Shown here: piece by piece, positions 51,580-64,000 of the stretch
Layout: each line of letters opens with the position of its first letter
Position numbering within the stretch: the stretch's first letter is position 1
Assembly: GCA_965153455.1 (NCBI GenBank)
Contig: OZ234493.1
Coordinates: 5,332,001 to 5,396,000, forward strand
From: Sphagnum compactum
Lineage: Eukaryota
DNA: 64,000 nt
Direction: 5' to 3'
Notes under the pieces: model-generated
Seen by the model: only the letters and a program-made list of their open reading frames with translations
Database searches by the model: none
What the model was told of the DNA's origin: nothing
Translations under genes and position numbers: made by a program

Positions 51580-53749
51580 CTCTTGCAGTTGCCGATCTCA
51601 GAAGCTGATTTTCAATGAAAGAAGTCGAAAACGCAGCTCGCTCGCGTTGCACGCTAACGCCTTTCGGTGCAAAAAGCAAAGAGACAAGAGCGTTTTTTTT
51701 TCCCGCAAAAGGAGTAGAAACAATCGAACATGTATTTGAAATTCTTCTTACATCAAAAGGACGATGTTTGTGGACTCTTTGAAAATCATCAAATCACAAA
51801 CGCAAAACCACCGCGCGCAGCGCACAACGATACAGTGCAAACGCAGAGCGGACCAGGCGGCCGAGAGGGAGAGGGGGAACTGTGAAGACGACTTTTCCGC
51901 CGCATAATTCGCTGTTCTCATTCCTCGTCGGAAAAAGTGGGGCGCCATTCTACGCTCGCCGCAAGTCATCATCCCTCAACGATGCATTTTTTCGTCCACA
52001 TTGGCGGCATCCTGTCATCCAAGCGCCGGTAGTTTACGACAGAGAATAATATTACGTAGTTTCCGTGCCCCTGTGGATAGCCAGCCTGCGAACACGGAAC
52101 TGCGAACATGGGAACAAGGCAGTGCGGCGAGTTCCCACACCATTAACGCCAGGCTGGCGACGGACCAGCGTTGACCAGAGTATTGCGGCAGAGACTAACC
52201 ACTCCGGCGGGCACCGGGCAGGAAATTAGTAAAAGATGGAAATCAAAGTAAGACCAGTACACGCCTATGTATGTACAAACCATACACATGTATTTGCCTA
52301 TGCACAGTAACTAGCATGCGCTCAAGCCAGTTACCGAACATCATCAGCATTCCTTGTGTGGATCAAGATGCCCTCTTTTCATCCATGCAGAGTGCGAATA
52401 TGAAATTTTCATTCAAGCAAACAAAGGTTATGGAAACATTGGGCCAATGAGAGTTGGCCCAAGGTGGTACCTTGTACTAACTAGTAGGTTGCTGATGAAA
52501 CAAAAGATCAAAGGTTATGGACTAGTAACCAGCCAGAGCATGATGTATATGTAGGCTATTGAAGTGTGTGAGCACTGAGAGACTATCCAGGATAACCAGC
52601 CTACTCAAGCTGGCCATCAAACATATATCTGACTGTATGTCACTACCAAGCTTAGCTTCTGGGTTACAGGACACAAAAGAAGTGTGTGTTATGAGGTTCA
52701 ACCAAGTAGCAACCAGGAATGTGAAAAAGGTAATTTGGTAGGTACACAAATGTCAAAAGGAAGGAAGATAAATGATATAAGTGGGGAGCGCTCGTGTGCT
52801 GCCCTGTTAACAAGACACTCTCTACAATCACTAATGGGCTGTAACTTGTGACTTGATAACCATTGAGATTCTCACATGGGATGGGTATGGAGGTACTTAA
52901 TACTTTGTTTGCTTTCGTTTTTTCTTTGGGTTGTGTTTGCTTGTGCCCTCGTTTGCCTTGTACTTTTGATAGATGGGTTCCGTCCTTGATTTTTTTATAC
53001 AGGGTTTTTCTTCTTTGCATATAATTCTTGCTACTTACATAGCTACTTACATATGATATTTTACCCACTTACAAAGGTAGTGTGAGAAGGAAATAGGAGG
53101 GTTTACAGATAGGTTACCATAGTGGAAAAACTCAGTTGCCGTTCATCCACAATGGATCCTAACAGGCTTTCCAATGGATGATAGTACACTGGTGAGTGGT
53201 ACTAGAGTCACATACATAATCCCCAACTAACCCACATGAGATTTGGAGGTTGTACAGATTCCAGTACCAAATAGAGCATGCAATTTTTGTGTGATATTTG
53301 GAAAATCTAAAGAATGAAATCCACATTATTTTCATGTAAGTAGGATGCTCCTTCACAAGTTTGAAAGAAAACATATCTCCTCCTTCCCCCTGAGACAAGA
53401 ATTCTTTTAAAAAGATCATCCTGGAAAATTCTCTGTTTCCAAAGGAAACCTCACTCTTATTACCCCGGAGGAATTTGAAGTTGAAAATCTGACTCATTGA
53501 CTGAAGGAGAAATCCTCTTCCAAGACTTTGACCTTACCAACCATTGTTTAGCTGTTCACAATCTGGGCCCACAATCTGTCTGTTGACTGTTAGGGAATTA
53601 CATCCCTTGAGGTTTCTATTTTCAGGGCTGGAGTGAACCAGCAGCCACCAGTGCACCAGTTTAGGATGAGGCCGTTCAAGCTGTTTTGGGGATGAACCAA
53701 AAACACATCCTTTTCCCCAGCCCAAGGATTTTTCAGCCCCCTTATCAAC

Positions 53750-54900
53750 CCAAAATTTTCCCCTCCTACCTTCCTCTCTCCCTCACCTCATTTCCCGCTC
53801 ATTCCATCTCGAGAGCTCCTGAGCTTGAGTAGCACAGAACTTCGAAGAGACGTGACACAAAAGGCTTGAGGAACGTGAAGAGCTCAACATTTAAAGAATG
53901 TGGAGAGGAGAAGGCAAGAGGAACGCTTCATCTCAAATGCAGAAATGAGAGAAGAAAGGTAAGTTCCCTCCTTTCTTTTCATTTTTTTCTTCTCCATGGT
54001 TTTTTTTTCTTTTCTTCTACTTGAGAAGAAAAGACACTATTGTTTTCTTCTTTCATTTTTTTGTTTTTGTTTGAAGCGAAGAAGGTGATGACATAAGCGT
54101 GTCGTTGCCTTTTTTCCTCTATTTTTTGTGGCGAACAAGGCGACGACAACAAGCTGGTTACCATCCCAAAATTTTCCCCTCCTACCTACCTCCCTCTTAC
54201 CTACCTTCCCCCCCTCCTACCTCCTTCCTACCTACCTACTTCACCTCATTTTACGCTCACTCTATCGTTAGAGCTCGTGAGAGCTTGAAGTGCAAGGGCA
54301 TAATTAAGAGCCAAAAGTGGGAAGGCAGAAATGGCAACCAAGAAAAAACGTTTAAAACGAAAGGGCAGAAGTGGGAGGGCAGAAGAGGGAGGGTAGAACT
54401 AGGAGCCAGAAGTGGGAGGGCAGAAGTGGCAGCCAGGAGAAAACGTTTAAAACAGAAGGGCAGAAGCGAGAGGGCAGAAGCGGGAGCCAAAAGTGAGAGG
54501 GCGGAGTGGGAACTTGAAGGTAAGCTCCCTCCCTTCTCTTGGTTTTTTTTTGTTGTTTTCTTGTGTGTTTTGTCTTCTCTGTGTTGGAGAAGAAGAAAAC
54601 AATGTTAATGCGCCATTGTTTTGTTATGTGGTGTTGCAACAAAAAGGGCGACGACAATAAGTTTATGTTTGAGAAGAAGAAGACGACAATGTGTCGTTGT
54701 CTTCTTTTGTGGTGGTGTTGCAACAAAAAAAACGATAACAACTTGTTGTCGTTAACTTCTTCTGTGTTAGAGAAGAAGAAGACAATGACAATGCACCATC
54801 ATCTTCTTTTGTGGTGTTGTTGTAGCGAAGAAAGTGACAATAGCTTGTTGTCGTCGCCTTCTTCTTTGTCTTTGAAACAAAGAAAAAGATGACGGCGTTG
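53750..54900. repeat. Low-complexity/composite repeat, probably a non-autonomous TE
   Basis: Duplicated CCCAAAATTTTCCCCTCCTACCT...GAGCTC(C/G)TGAG block at about 53750 and 54165. Reiterated GCAGAAGTGGGAG units at 54310-54520. Three ~60-120-bp AGAAGAAGAAGAC...GTGTTGCAAC units at 54585-54890. Confidence 0.6.
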
Positions 54901-55714
54901 GGTCTTAATGTTTAGGGCGTGGGAAGCATGCCTCAAGATGCAACATCATGGATGGAGAAGGATGAAGATTTACAAGAGATGATTTGATCCACCCATTCTA
55001 CATATGCACGACAATTGAAAATGGCATGGGATGTCGAAAATTGGGATCGAGAGTCCACTAAAGCAAGTCGAACACAAAAGTTGATAGATGTATTGGATTT
55101 TCATGAATCTAAATTGATTCATGGAAATTAAGAAAAAATAATAATCAATGTTTATTTATTTTTGTAATTTTGTTTCATCCAAGGTTGTTAGGATTTAATT
55201 TGGTGGTTTTTGGATGTTTATAGGGTTCAAGGCACAACAAAGGAAAAGTTTGTTGCAAATGTAATTTAGGTTGAAATGTAACACCTATAACACCACCATC
55301 TGTACACTGTTCTTCATGCAGCAAAGGTTGCAAATGCAGCAACTACTTACCGAGCTAAACATAGGATTGTAGATAATGATATGGTTTAGGCTTTTCACTT
55401 TATATAGTTAGCTAGGTTTTTTCAGCCCTTTCATTTTTTGAACTACCCAATTTTGAACTTTGGTCCTTTGATATATTATAAATAACCTTTTTTTATTGGG
55501 TTCTTTAACATTTTTTGATCCACCGATATTTGTAAATTTTTTATCAATATAATATTTTCTTCTAATCACATTTGTTTGATGGGTATATGGTTAATTATAT
55601 ATGTCTTTTTTTCATAATCTTTTTAGTGCTTTAGATGTAAGAAAAACTTAATAAGCTCATATGAATAGGTAACATTAATTTGTCTAGGGTTTACAAAAAT
55701 CAAAATGAACATTA

Positions 55715-56670
55715 TGCAATACCTATATCCTTTTTATGATAATTTCTATACGACCATTTCAAATATGCAATACCCACATATCGGTTTCATAAATAATTAT
55801 TGGTTGTTTACATCCATTGCAATACCCGCATATATGTCTCGTAAATAGTTGCTAGTTTTTTTACATCCATTGCAATATTCACATACAGGTATAGTAGTTG
55901 ATCCGTTTAACATCCATTACAACACCTACATATAGGTCCATAAATAGTTGTTAATTTTTAACATCTTTTGCAATACTTGCATATAAATTTCCATTGTAAT
56001 ATTTATGGGACTCATATGACATAATAATCTAGTCTAAGTATCAACAAATAATGTCATAATTAAGGAGTTACTAAAAATTATTTCAGATAATGTAAATGAT
56101 TGATTATAATATTTAAACAATCATTTATTTCTTAATATTAATTAACTGATTATTTGGTTGAACCTTAATTATTCAGATAAATAAAATTAGATCTAAAAAT
56201 CAAATCAATAATTTGATATTTAATTTTTTATCTTAATTAGATTTTTTATGTTGATAAGTTATTCAAATTATTTTAAATAATTATTCATGATATATTAATT
56301 GTCATAAAATTGATTTAGGTATATAAAGAAACATATTTTGGGTACCCAAACCACTTATTTTGAAGTGATCTTACATGTGGGTATTGCATTTAGGGTTGAT
56401 TCTTCACCTAAGGTTGTCTAAATCACCTATGGATTATTTCAAAAATGAACTTGCATGCAAATACTGCATATAAGTTTTAGTTTACATTAAAAGGTCACTC
56501 AAATTTCATACTAGTTATTTCGAAATGACCCTACATGTGGGTATTACATTTAAGGTTGGGTTTGCACCTCAGGTTACCTAAACTACCTATGGGTTATATT
56601 GAAACGAACTTGAATATTGGTATTGCATTTAAGGCTAGGTATTCATATAATTTTGCAATACCCGCACACG
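55715..56670. repeat. Foldback-like structure: forward ~51-bp array facing an inverted ~80-bp array of the same core
   Basis: TGCAATACCC(A/G)CAT core six times forward (about 55716-55985) and reverse-complement ATGTGGGTATTGCA four times (about 56375-56630), around an AT-rich spacer. Confidence 0.65.
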
Positions 56671-58104
56671 TACTTATTTTCACCGATTAGAAATTTGGCC
56701 TTAATTTTTTGAATAATTAAATAAAAATTGTAACAAAACACAAAAGAAGATATGTCTCTTACCATTTGGTAATATTTCCAAGTTAAGTTCTTTCACTTTC
56801 TTTAAGAAAATATAAAATGACATTACATTGTTTCACATATGTTTAAGCCCTAAAGATTTTGCCCAAAATGCACCCTGGATTTATTTTAATTATTACAGAC
56901 TTGTAAAAAAAATGTTAATTAATTTATATGTCCCAAACTCTAAATCTAAACCATAATTTTAATATTAAGTAGTAAATTTTACATTAAACCCTAACCCCTT
57001 ATATCATTAATGTGACCAATTTTGCATTATGTTCATTTTTATGTATGTTAAATCATACTATAAGGTGAATAAATAATTTTGAAAACATGAATTTAATGAT
57101 GTATGGGCGGGGTTTAGGGTTTTAGGATGTCTTACAAAATCTTGAAATACATCAAGTTGGCTAAACTTGTTTGTGCAAGTAATTGATTTTATTGAAGATG
57201 ATCATTGTTTTTCTATATTGTTGACCTTCATGAAAATTACACTATAAAATTGATTAGCCATGCATTTGGAGCTTGTCATTTGCATGTTCAACCATAAGTT
57301 TTTCACTCTATGTAACTTTCCTTTTAGAGTAGTAATTCAAAATTGGAAAGAAATCAAAACTCAATACAATGTAGAAGGTTAAAGCTTGAAGCAAGAGTTT
57401 GATGGTTGAAAATTAGATCATGACAAGGCTATTAATTTTCAATTTTTCTGGTTTTGATATCCCTCCTATCTCTTCCTATTTTTAAAAATTTATTTGAAAT
57501 ATGAATGCATGATTATTGTTAAGAAGTTTTAGATGATTTGTTCAAGCAGGCAACAATAATAACCTATTTGAATTTTGATTAGTAACGTGAAGATGTACCC
57601 TTTGTAACCATGGTTTTTTGTAATTTGCATCCAACCCCCTCGTTTAAGCTTGTAGGATATGTTTTTGCATTCAATATTACCAACTAATTTTTTTTTTGGT
57701 GCACACCTATTAAGGTTTATGTTGCAATGGGCAAGGGCTTTTCTTATTGACATTCAATTGCCAATACAACATGTTATCAAAAATTAAATGTAAATAACAT
57801 TTGTTCAAAATTAAAAAAATTCAAGTTAGAATGATGCGTTATAATTGTAATTGTGGTTCAATATTTTTAAAAAACCAAATTAGACATGCTCATTTTAAAT
57901 CTTAGAAAAAAAACCACACATTATCCCACCTTGTAGTTGGGCGGATAAACACTCCATGTGTCCATGTGACAATTAAAGTTCTAACAAGTATTGGCATGTA
58001 ACAAATTTAGCTAAAAATGAAAACTGAAAAACAAAACATTAGTACCAATGTGGGTGTTAGTTCACCCAAGGCATAAAATCATCCACTAAGCTAACCTATT
58101 AGTA

Positions 58105-58765
58105 GCATTTCGCGTGAGTGCACCCATCTCCTTCCACCCCCTTCCCTTAGTATTCCCGTCGGCGAGTTAACATTGTGTTATTAATTGATGGCATTCACAC
58201 ATTGGTGAATGTGGTGATTGCCAACCCCACTTGATTAAATTTGGTCTCTCAAGTTGTTTCATCTCATGGGGTGGCCATGATGGTGGCAACTCAAGCAAAA
58301 GAAGGATTCTATCATGATTGACAATCAACAAACATGTTTTTTCCGATTGCCATAGAGGTTTTTGGGTGCCTACACCAACAAGTGGATGATTTTTTCCATT
58401 GATGTGCTAGCATATATGATTAGCTAAGGGCACTGGTGGCCTTCCTTTTATTGTTATACTTGTTTTTATAGGTAGAGATTGTTGATAGTTTTGCAGAGAG
58501 TGCAAGTTGTTTTTATTTTGAAGTGCTCTGGCATAAGTGGTGCGGATTCTTTTAGGCTTACTATGCTTTCAAGTTCCCTTTCCTTCTTTCATATGCTTTT
58601 TACGATTGGTCAAGATTCTAGAGCATCATTTGTTCCATTGCCCCCCTTATCCCCTTTGGGGTTTGTGTGTTTTTGGCTCGGACTCGGGGTCCTCTTTCTT
58701 ATGCTTCCTTCCCCCCCTTTGCTTCATGTTTCGTTTAATAAAGTTTACCAAGTTTCATCATACTA
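58105..58765 (+). mobile_element. 5'-truncated, decayed 3' end of an RLE-type (CRE-like) non-LTR retrotransposon
   Basis: Translates as RVNIVLLIDGIHTLVNVVIANPT...ATQAKEGFY...FFPIAIEVFGCLHQQVDDFFH...AKGTGG...LQRVQ. This fits the restriction-like endonuclease pattern R.D...D...K...P.A.E.FG with D>N decay. A T-rich 3'UTR and AATAAA near 58737 follow. Confidence 0.65.
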
Positions 58766-60149
58766 TAGTAGAATAGCCCATGAGTAATCACTTAAAGGTT
58801 TTGTGACCTAGGATTTAATAACTGTGCATTTTTTCACAATGGTTTTCAAAGAACTTAGGTGAAGCACTAGTCTAAGCACTAGTGACCATTTAACCTATTC
58901 AATTGGAACCATATGATGTTTTCCACACCTGCAAGGACTTGGGAAACCTTTAATTTGGTCGTGTGGTAGGTTCTTCAGGCCTTTGATTAGCTTTGATAGA
59001 ATGCTTTAAGAAACTAATACCCACTATGTCTACAAGTTGAATTTTAAATCTGATTTTTGCAATGTCCTTTTTTTTATTGGTTTTAGGGTGATATACATTG
59101 GGCTGGAGTTTGGGACTAATGGTGAATATTTTGTATGCAATGGAGGCCCTATATTAACTTCAGGATGTAACATAATATAGGCATCAATACAGTAATCTTT
59201 ATTCTGACAAGTTACTTGCCTCCTCCAAGTATAAAAGATAGTTGTTTCCTTCTAATTAGCTTTTTGGTTTCAAATATAGTCAGATCATCATGGTCATTTG
59301 ATAAAGAATTTTTCTTGAAAACATTGCAAGGACATTGACCATTTTGAAGCATGCTAAACCCACTACAAATGACCCATTTTATATTGCGCCTACATATGCA
59401 AAAATTTAGCCTGAGACCATTTTCCAAAAAGCAAATGAAGAAAAAAAGACATGAAAATTTTTGCTTAAAAAAATAGCCAGTTGTCCTTTCATGTTCTTTT
59501 ATTGTTGTGAGCAGAAGAAATTTAAGATACATGGTGCTCATTTCGACAGTTTACCCAAAACCAAACAATCATGATGAAATAGTCTTTGTCATACAATAGT
59601 TACATTTCTAAGCTTGAATTGTTGCTAAAAGTTTATTGCCAAAATCCTTCTGAGTGCACCTTCCATTTCCTTTTTGTCACCCTAAACCTTTTTCTATCAA
59701 AGTCCTTTTGAGTCTACTTTTAAAACCCTAAACCCATTACCACATGCAGACATTCTTCTCTCCTTTACTTCCATTCTTTTTTTGCATCGCCATCTGTAGA
59801 CAAATTGATTTCTATTCTTTTATCTCTCCCCTTCCAAACACACTCATGCACCCTAAACCCTAAACCCAGACCCTTACCCCCTCCTTTATTCTTGTTAAGA
59901 AGAGGGTTGCAACCTAGTTGGGACATGTCCAGCAAGTTGCATCCTTGCCATTCTTTGCTGTGTAGATGTGATTACTAAACCAAACCTTTTATAACCTAGA
60001 GGATGGGCTCGAAATCATCTTCTAAAATTGTTGTGGAAACATTCACTAACAACTTTAACTTTAGTAGTAAACCATGTTTGATTGAACCTAGTTCTCTGCT
60101 CCTTTTTCAATGATCATTTGAGCTATGTGTTCATTTGGGGTAAGTGTAT

Positions 60150-61560
60150 CTTGAAACCTTTTTTATCTTTTCTCCTCCTTTTTTGCTTTGAATTACCTAA
60201 CTTTGTCCGCAACCTTTTTGTCCATTACTTTTTGCTTAAGCACAACTAAGTATTAATCAAATGTCACAACATGTGAGTTAAAGTAGTCTAGTAATGGTTC
60301 CTTCCCAAGAGTTTTCTTTGTTGGCAATCATGGCAGAAATAAAAAATTTGCTAATGCAAGAACTTGTTGGAGTTTGGTATGAAACATTTAGGTCATTTGA
60401 TTCAAGACAAGGATCTTTTAAATTCACAACTAATTCATGGTTGGTTGTTGGGGTGGTAGGGCTACATGGCATGTCTACATAATAATGAGGTGTGGGTGAA
60501 GGGGGCCATACACCTCTAGTGTGAATTACTATAATTATTACTTGAAAAGTTCTTACAATATTCAATAACTATGTGACAACTTTAACTTCATCCTCACTGT
60601 CATTGATTTGCATTGTCGTATCTAAATGGTGTGAATTTCCAGGATCCCTTTCCTTTGGTGCAATGAAACTTCACTTGGACCAAACTTTTCGACCATGGCA
60701 ATGGAATTCAATGGCCAAATTCTACAAACCTTAAACCTAGACTTCATGTTTTTTTTTCTCAAAGATTGTTGTAAAGCTTTGTCCACCCATTCTACCAAGT
60801 TGATTTTTTCTGGTTCTAAAAAGTAATTTTTGCCATGGTGACATCCCATTCCTTTTTGAATGCAATTTTAAACGGTTTGAAGCAAGTCACATCCAAGGGT
60901 TGGAACGTGTGTGAAATGTGAGAAGGTACGGTGACCATGATTAGTCCAAATTCTATAGCTTGTTCAAGTCTTTCTATTGTGACATGTGATCCATGGCCAT
61001 CTAGAATCAAAAGGTGACAATTCTATTGAAAAATCCCCCTTAGTATAGATTTGCAAAAGAAAATAAACCACTGGTTGAAAAGGTATACAATCATCCAAAC
61101 ATTCTTTTGCATGACCATGCATGATCTTGATTTGCATAACTTTATGTATTCTTCTCTCATTCGTGAACCTCTAAAGATGTAAATGGCAGGTAACATTGCC
61201 CCTACTGCATTAACAACACAGTTAACAGTTAGCCATTCTTAAGACTTAGTGATGGTGCTATAAACTTCCCAGAACCACACCTAGCCAAACTTGGGCATTA
61301 GACTATCGCCTTGCTTGAAACCTTGTTTCATTTGAATTCCAAATGTGGTTTGGTGGGTAATTATGATGTGTGTACAAGTTCTTTAGGTTTTGGTAAAAGG
61401 TATGGCATGTTGCACTTGTCAACCCTTTAGCTTTAGAAACCTCCAATCCTTTTACAAGATGTATATTAATTTTTAGATGGCATTTTTTGAACTAGTACCA
61501 CCAACCGTAAAACACCATTTCGAAAGCGCATCGATCTGGTTTGTGTAACTTCAGCTACCT
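60150..61560 (-). mobile_element. Degenerate pogo/CENP-B-like DDE_1 transposase (Tc1/mariner superfamily)
   Basis: HIWNSNET (first D decayed), WLTVNCVVNAVG..LP..IFRG, LILDGHGSHVT, PSHISHTFQPLDVTCFKPFK and WVDKAL...FKVCRIWPLN, with several frameshifts. Confidence 0.85.
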
Positions 61561-62809
61561 TGATGGAAGAGAAGGAAACCTACGACCTGTGCTACTTCTA
61601 GAATGTGATGAAAATTGTAAGACTGCTACTTGGTGAACTCAATGATAGTATAAGTATTGTGAGTATTTGTTTGTGTATTCTTGCACCAACTTTGGCATGC
61701 CACTTAGATCTGCCTTTTTAAACGTTATTCCTAAATCTTGCAACTCAAATTCTACCTCTTGTTTGATCCCAATGTAGTAGGATCTTCTACTTTCTCCTTA
61801 ATCTCAATTTCAATACAAATTGTCTCTTCTACCTCCTTCCTTCACTTAAATATAATAAGGATTATACCATTTACTTCCTTCTTGACCTCAATTGCAACCA
61901 AATCTAAGTCTACTTTTTTATTGATCCCACCTTGTAGTCTTTCTAAGAATGACTTAAACTTTTGCAATGAACTTGTCGCTAGATTTAACATATTTAGAAT
62001 TAGAAGTTCTTACTATAGGAATTCCAAGTTAAGAATTTCTTTTTTTCCTACCAAGTGGTTTTTGGTGGGAAAAATCGATTCATATGAAATGTGGTGGGAA
62101 AATCTTGCATTCATTTCCTTGGTTCTTGTTCTTTGGTATCCAAAGCTAACTCTTAAATGGGTTCATTGAACTATTTGTTGTTTTGGTGTCTAGCCCAAAT
62201 TTGGGCAATTTATCAAGGAACAATTAGACAAGGGCTCAATTTTGTATTCTTGGATGTTGTTTTGTACACACAAAATGTCTCATTTCTAAGCACTTGAATA
62301 CAATTTTATGTGCTCAAAGCCTCAAATTTGCAGTCATCTCCTTGTTGTTTAATGTAACCTTGGACCCCCATTACCAATCAAGAAGTTGTACAGATTTGAT
62401 AAAAAATTGATGGGCTCTTAAATTTTTCACAATAAAGGGTGAGTGTCTTGCACCTTATTACCGAACATTAAATTCCCTTAAAATCATCAAACAATTTAGA
62501 ATTTTCGCACAACTCACTTATGGATGAACAATTGACCACAGATGAACTTTTGCTTGGTCATCACCAGAGAACAAAACTAAAACCAAGTATGTTACATGGC
62601 GAAATCCGTGATGGGTGATGGGTTGTTCTACCCTAGTAACTCATGCCTTTTTCCCCCAAGATCACTACAGTTATTAGTTTTTTCATATGGATGGTAAAAA
62701 GCTCAATCTAAAAGGATGCTCTTTTTGTTTTTGTTGATGAAATTGCTCCACGTGATTTTCTGTTTTGTTTAATAATGGCAAAAGATTGCCTCCCACACCA
62801 TCATCATCC

Positions 62810-63520
62810 ATGAATGAACGATAAGATGCAGAGTGGATGAAGAAGAGAGTGATATGAGGGTAAGGAAGATTAGGGTATATGAGATTAAGCAAGTGAGCTT
62901 CGAGCTCTGAGGTTCTTCTATTTTCGTTGGATTTCCATCCATTCAAATTACAACGGAGGCTTGTAACTTTTGTGGAGGAAGGAAGAAAGGAATGAATGAA
63001 TGATTGAATGGGCAGTAAAGATGAAGAAGAGTAGATGAGAGAAAAAGAGAGAGATTAGGTGAGTGGGATTGGGGTAAATGAGATTAGAGTAAGTGAGCTT
63101 GGAGCTCTGACGTTCTACGTTCGTTGTGTTTTCATCCATTCAATTTGCAACTGAGCAGAGTAACTGTTGTGGAGGAAGGAAGGAAAGAATGAATGAATGA
63201 ATAATGAATGGGCGGTAAATATATGAAGAAGAGTGGATGAATGAGAGAGAGAGAGAGAAGGGTAAGCGAGAGTAGGGTAAATGAGATTTTAGTGTAAGCG
63301 AGCTTGGAGCTCTGACATTGTATTTTCATCCATTCAAATTGCAACCGAGGAATGTAGCTGTTGTGGAGGAAAGAAAGAAAGAAAGAAAGAAAGCTTGAAT
63401 GAATGGGCGGTGAAGATGAAGAAGAGTGGATGAATGTGACAGAGGAAGAGGTTAGGGTAAAGTGAGATTAGGGCAAATGAGATTTGTGTAAGTCAGCTTG
63501 GACCTCTGACGTTCGTATTT
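62810..63520. repeat. ~200-bp tandem array, about 3.6 copies, directly upstream of the complex I 51-kDa gene
   Basis: Anchor GAGCTCTGA/GACCTCTGA at 62902, 63102, 63307 and 63501. Shared TTCATCCATTCAA, TGTGGAGGAA, GAATGAATG and GATGAAGAAGAG blocks. Confidence 0.85.
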
Positions 63521-63704
63521 TGGTTTCGTGGTTCTTCCTCGCGGTGTTTGTTGTCGTGTTCTTTCTTGTTAGGGTAAGCAAGCAAGCTTCGATCTGAAGA
63601 GGAAGTGGGCGGGGCGGGACGGCGAGAGAAGGAGTGGGGATTTTTTTGTTTTCTCAAGGCTGTTGTTGAGGAAGCCAGCCTTGAGAACGACAGTGGTGGT
63701 TACG

Positions 63705-64000
63705 ATGAGGAGCTTGGGAAGTGCAGCCAGGAAGGCTGCAGTTTGTCTTAACGGTAGCGGCTATGGCAGTTCATTGGTATCTCAGCGACGAGCCTTAAGT
63801 CAAGCTGCTGCTGCTACTCCTCCTCCTCCTCCTCCTCCTCCTCCTCCTCCGCCACCAGCCGAGAAAACGCACTTCGGAGGATTGAAAGATGAGGATAGGA
63901 TATTCACAAATCTGTATGGATTTCACGATCCGTTTCTGAAGGGAGCGGTGAAGCGAGGGGACTGGTATCGGACCAAGGATCTGGTGTTGAAAGGCACGGA
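63705..64000 (+). CDS. NDUFV1: Mitochondrial NADH dehydrogenase (complex I) 51-kDa flavoprotein subunit, 5' part, runs off the window
   Basis: Not in the ORF track. Translation is [13 protein letters not shown]...[11 protein letters not shown](P)[48 protein letters not shown]: a presequence, poly-Pro and the conserved N-terminus of the plant CI51/NuoF protein. Confidence 0.95.
   Translation, partial: MRSLGSAARKAAVCLNGSGYGSSLVSQRRALSQAAAATPPPPPPPPPPPPPAEKTHFGGLKDEDRIFTNLYGFHDPFLKGAVKRGDWYRTKDLVLKGT

Noticed and set aside
51698-51707. E2F site TTTCCCGC in the OSCA leader
   Set aside because: A single 8-mer at the end of a poly-T run with no supporting context.
52550-53730. Possible L1 LINE 3' remnant upstream of OSCA
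   Set aside because: Only a weak Trp-rich resemblance (IACSIWYW); not enough to call.
54099-54892. ORFs of 117-169 aa on both strands
   Set aside because: They are translations of low-complexity repeats, several with non-ATG starts, and have no recognisable domain.
56980-59870. Telomere-like AAACCCTAA words
   Set aside because: Only 1-2 scattered copies each; not an interstitial telomeric array.

Overview
Eukaryotic land-plant nuclear DNA. The intron style, gene set and repeat families look most like a moss, possibly Sphagnum-type (inference). Gene-rich blocks alternate with AT-rich, heavily C>T-decayed transposon blocks at about 22-40 kb and 54-62 kb. Genes found: an intronless, probably plastid-targeted protein resembling a cyanobacterial conserved hypothetical family (1303-2175,+); a full-length SMC6 with no coding introns, split by one 1-nt frameshift in the hinge (4562-7701,-); a GH20 beta-hexosaminidase (9438-12029,-, 4 exons); an Atos/FAM214 DUF4210 protein (13711-19635,-, 6 exons); an OSCA1/CSC1-type mechanosensitive channel (42307-50794,-, 11 exons); and the 5' end of the complex I 51-kDa subunit gene (63705-64000,+). 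The most unusual item is the OSCA channel. Its last exon encodes 688 aa, far longer than usual, and carries repeated SPLxFRRGxFY and SRAxT(I/L)G motifs. Mobile elements include a decayed Ty3/Gypsy element with a nested CACTA-type and a Tc1/mariner-type MITE insertion, a pogo/DDE_1 transposase relic and the 3' end of an RLE non-LTR element. All calls come from manual reading; no searches were run.
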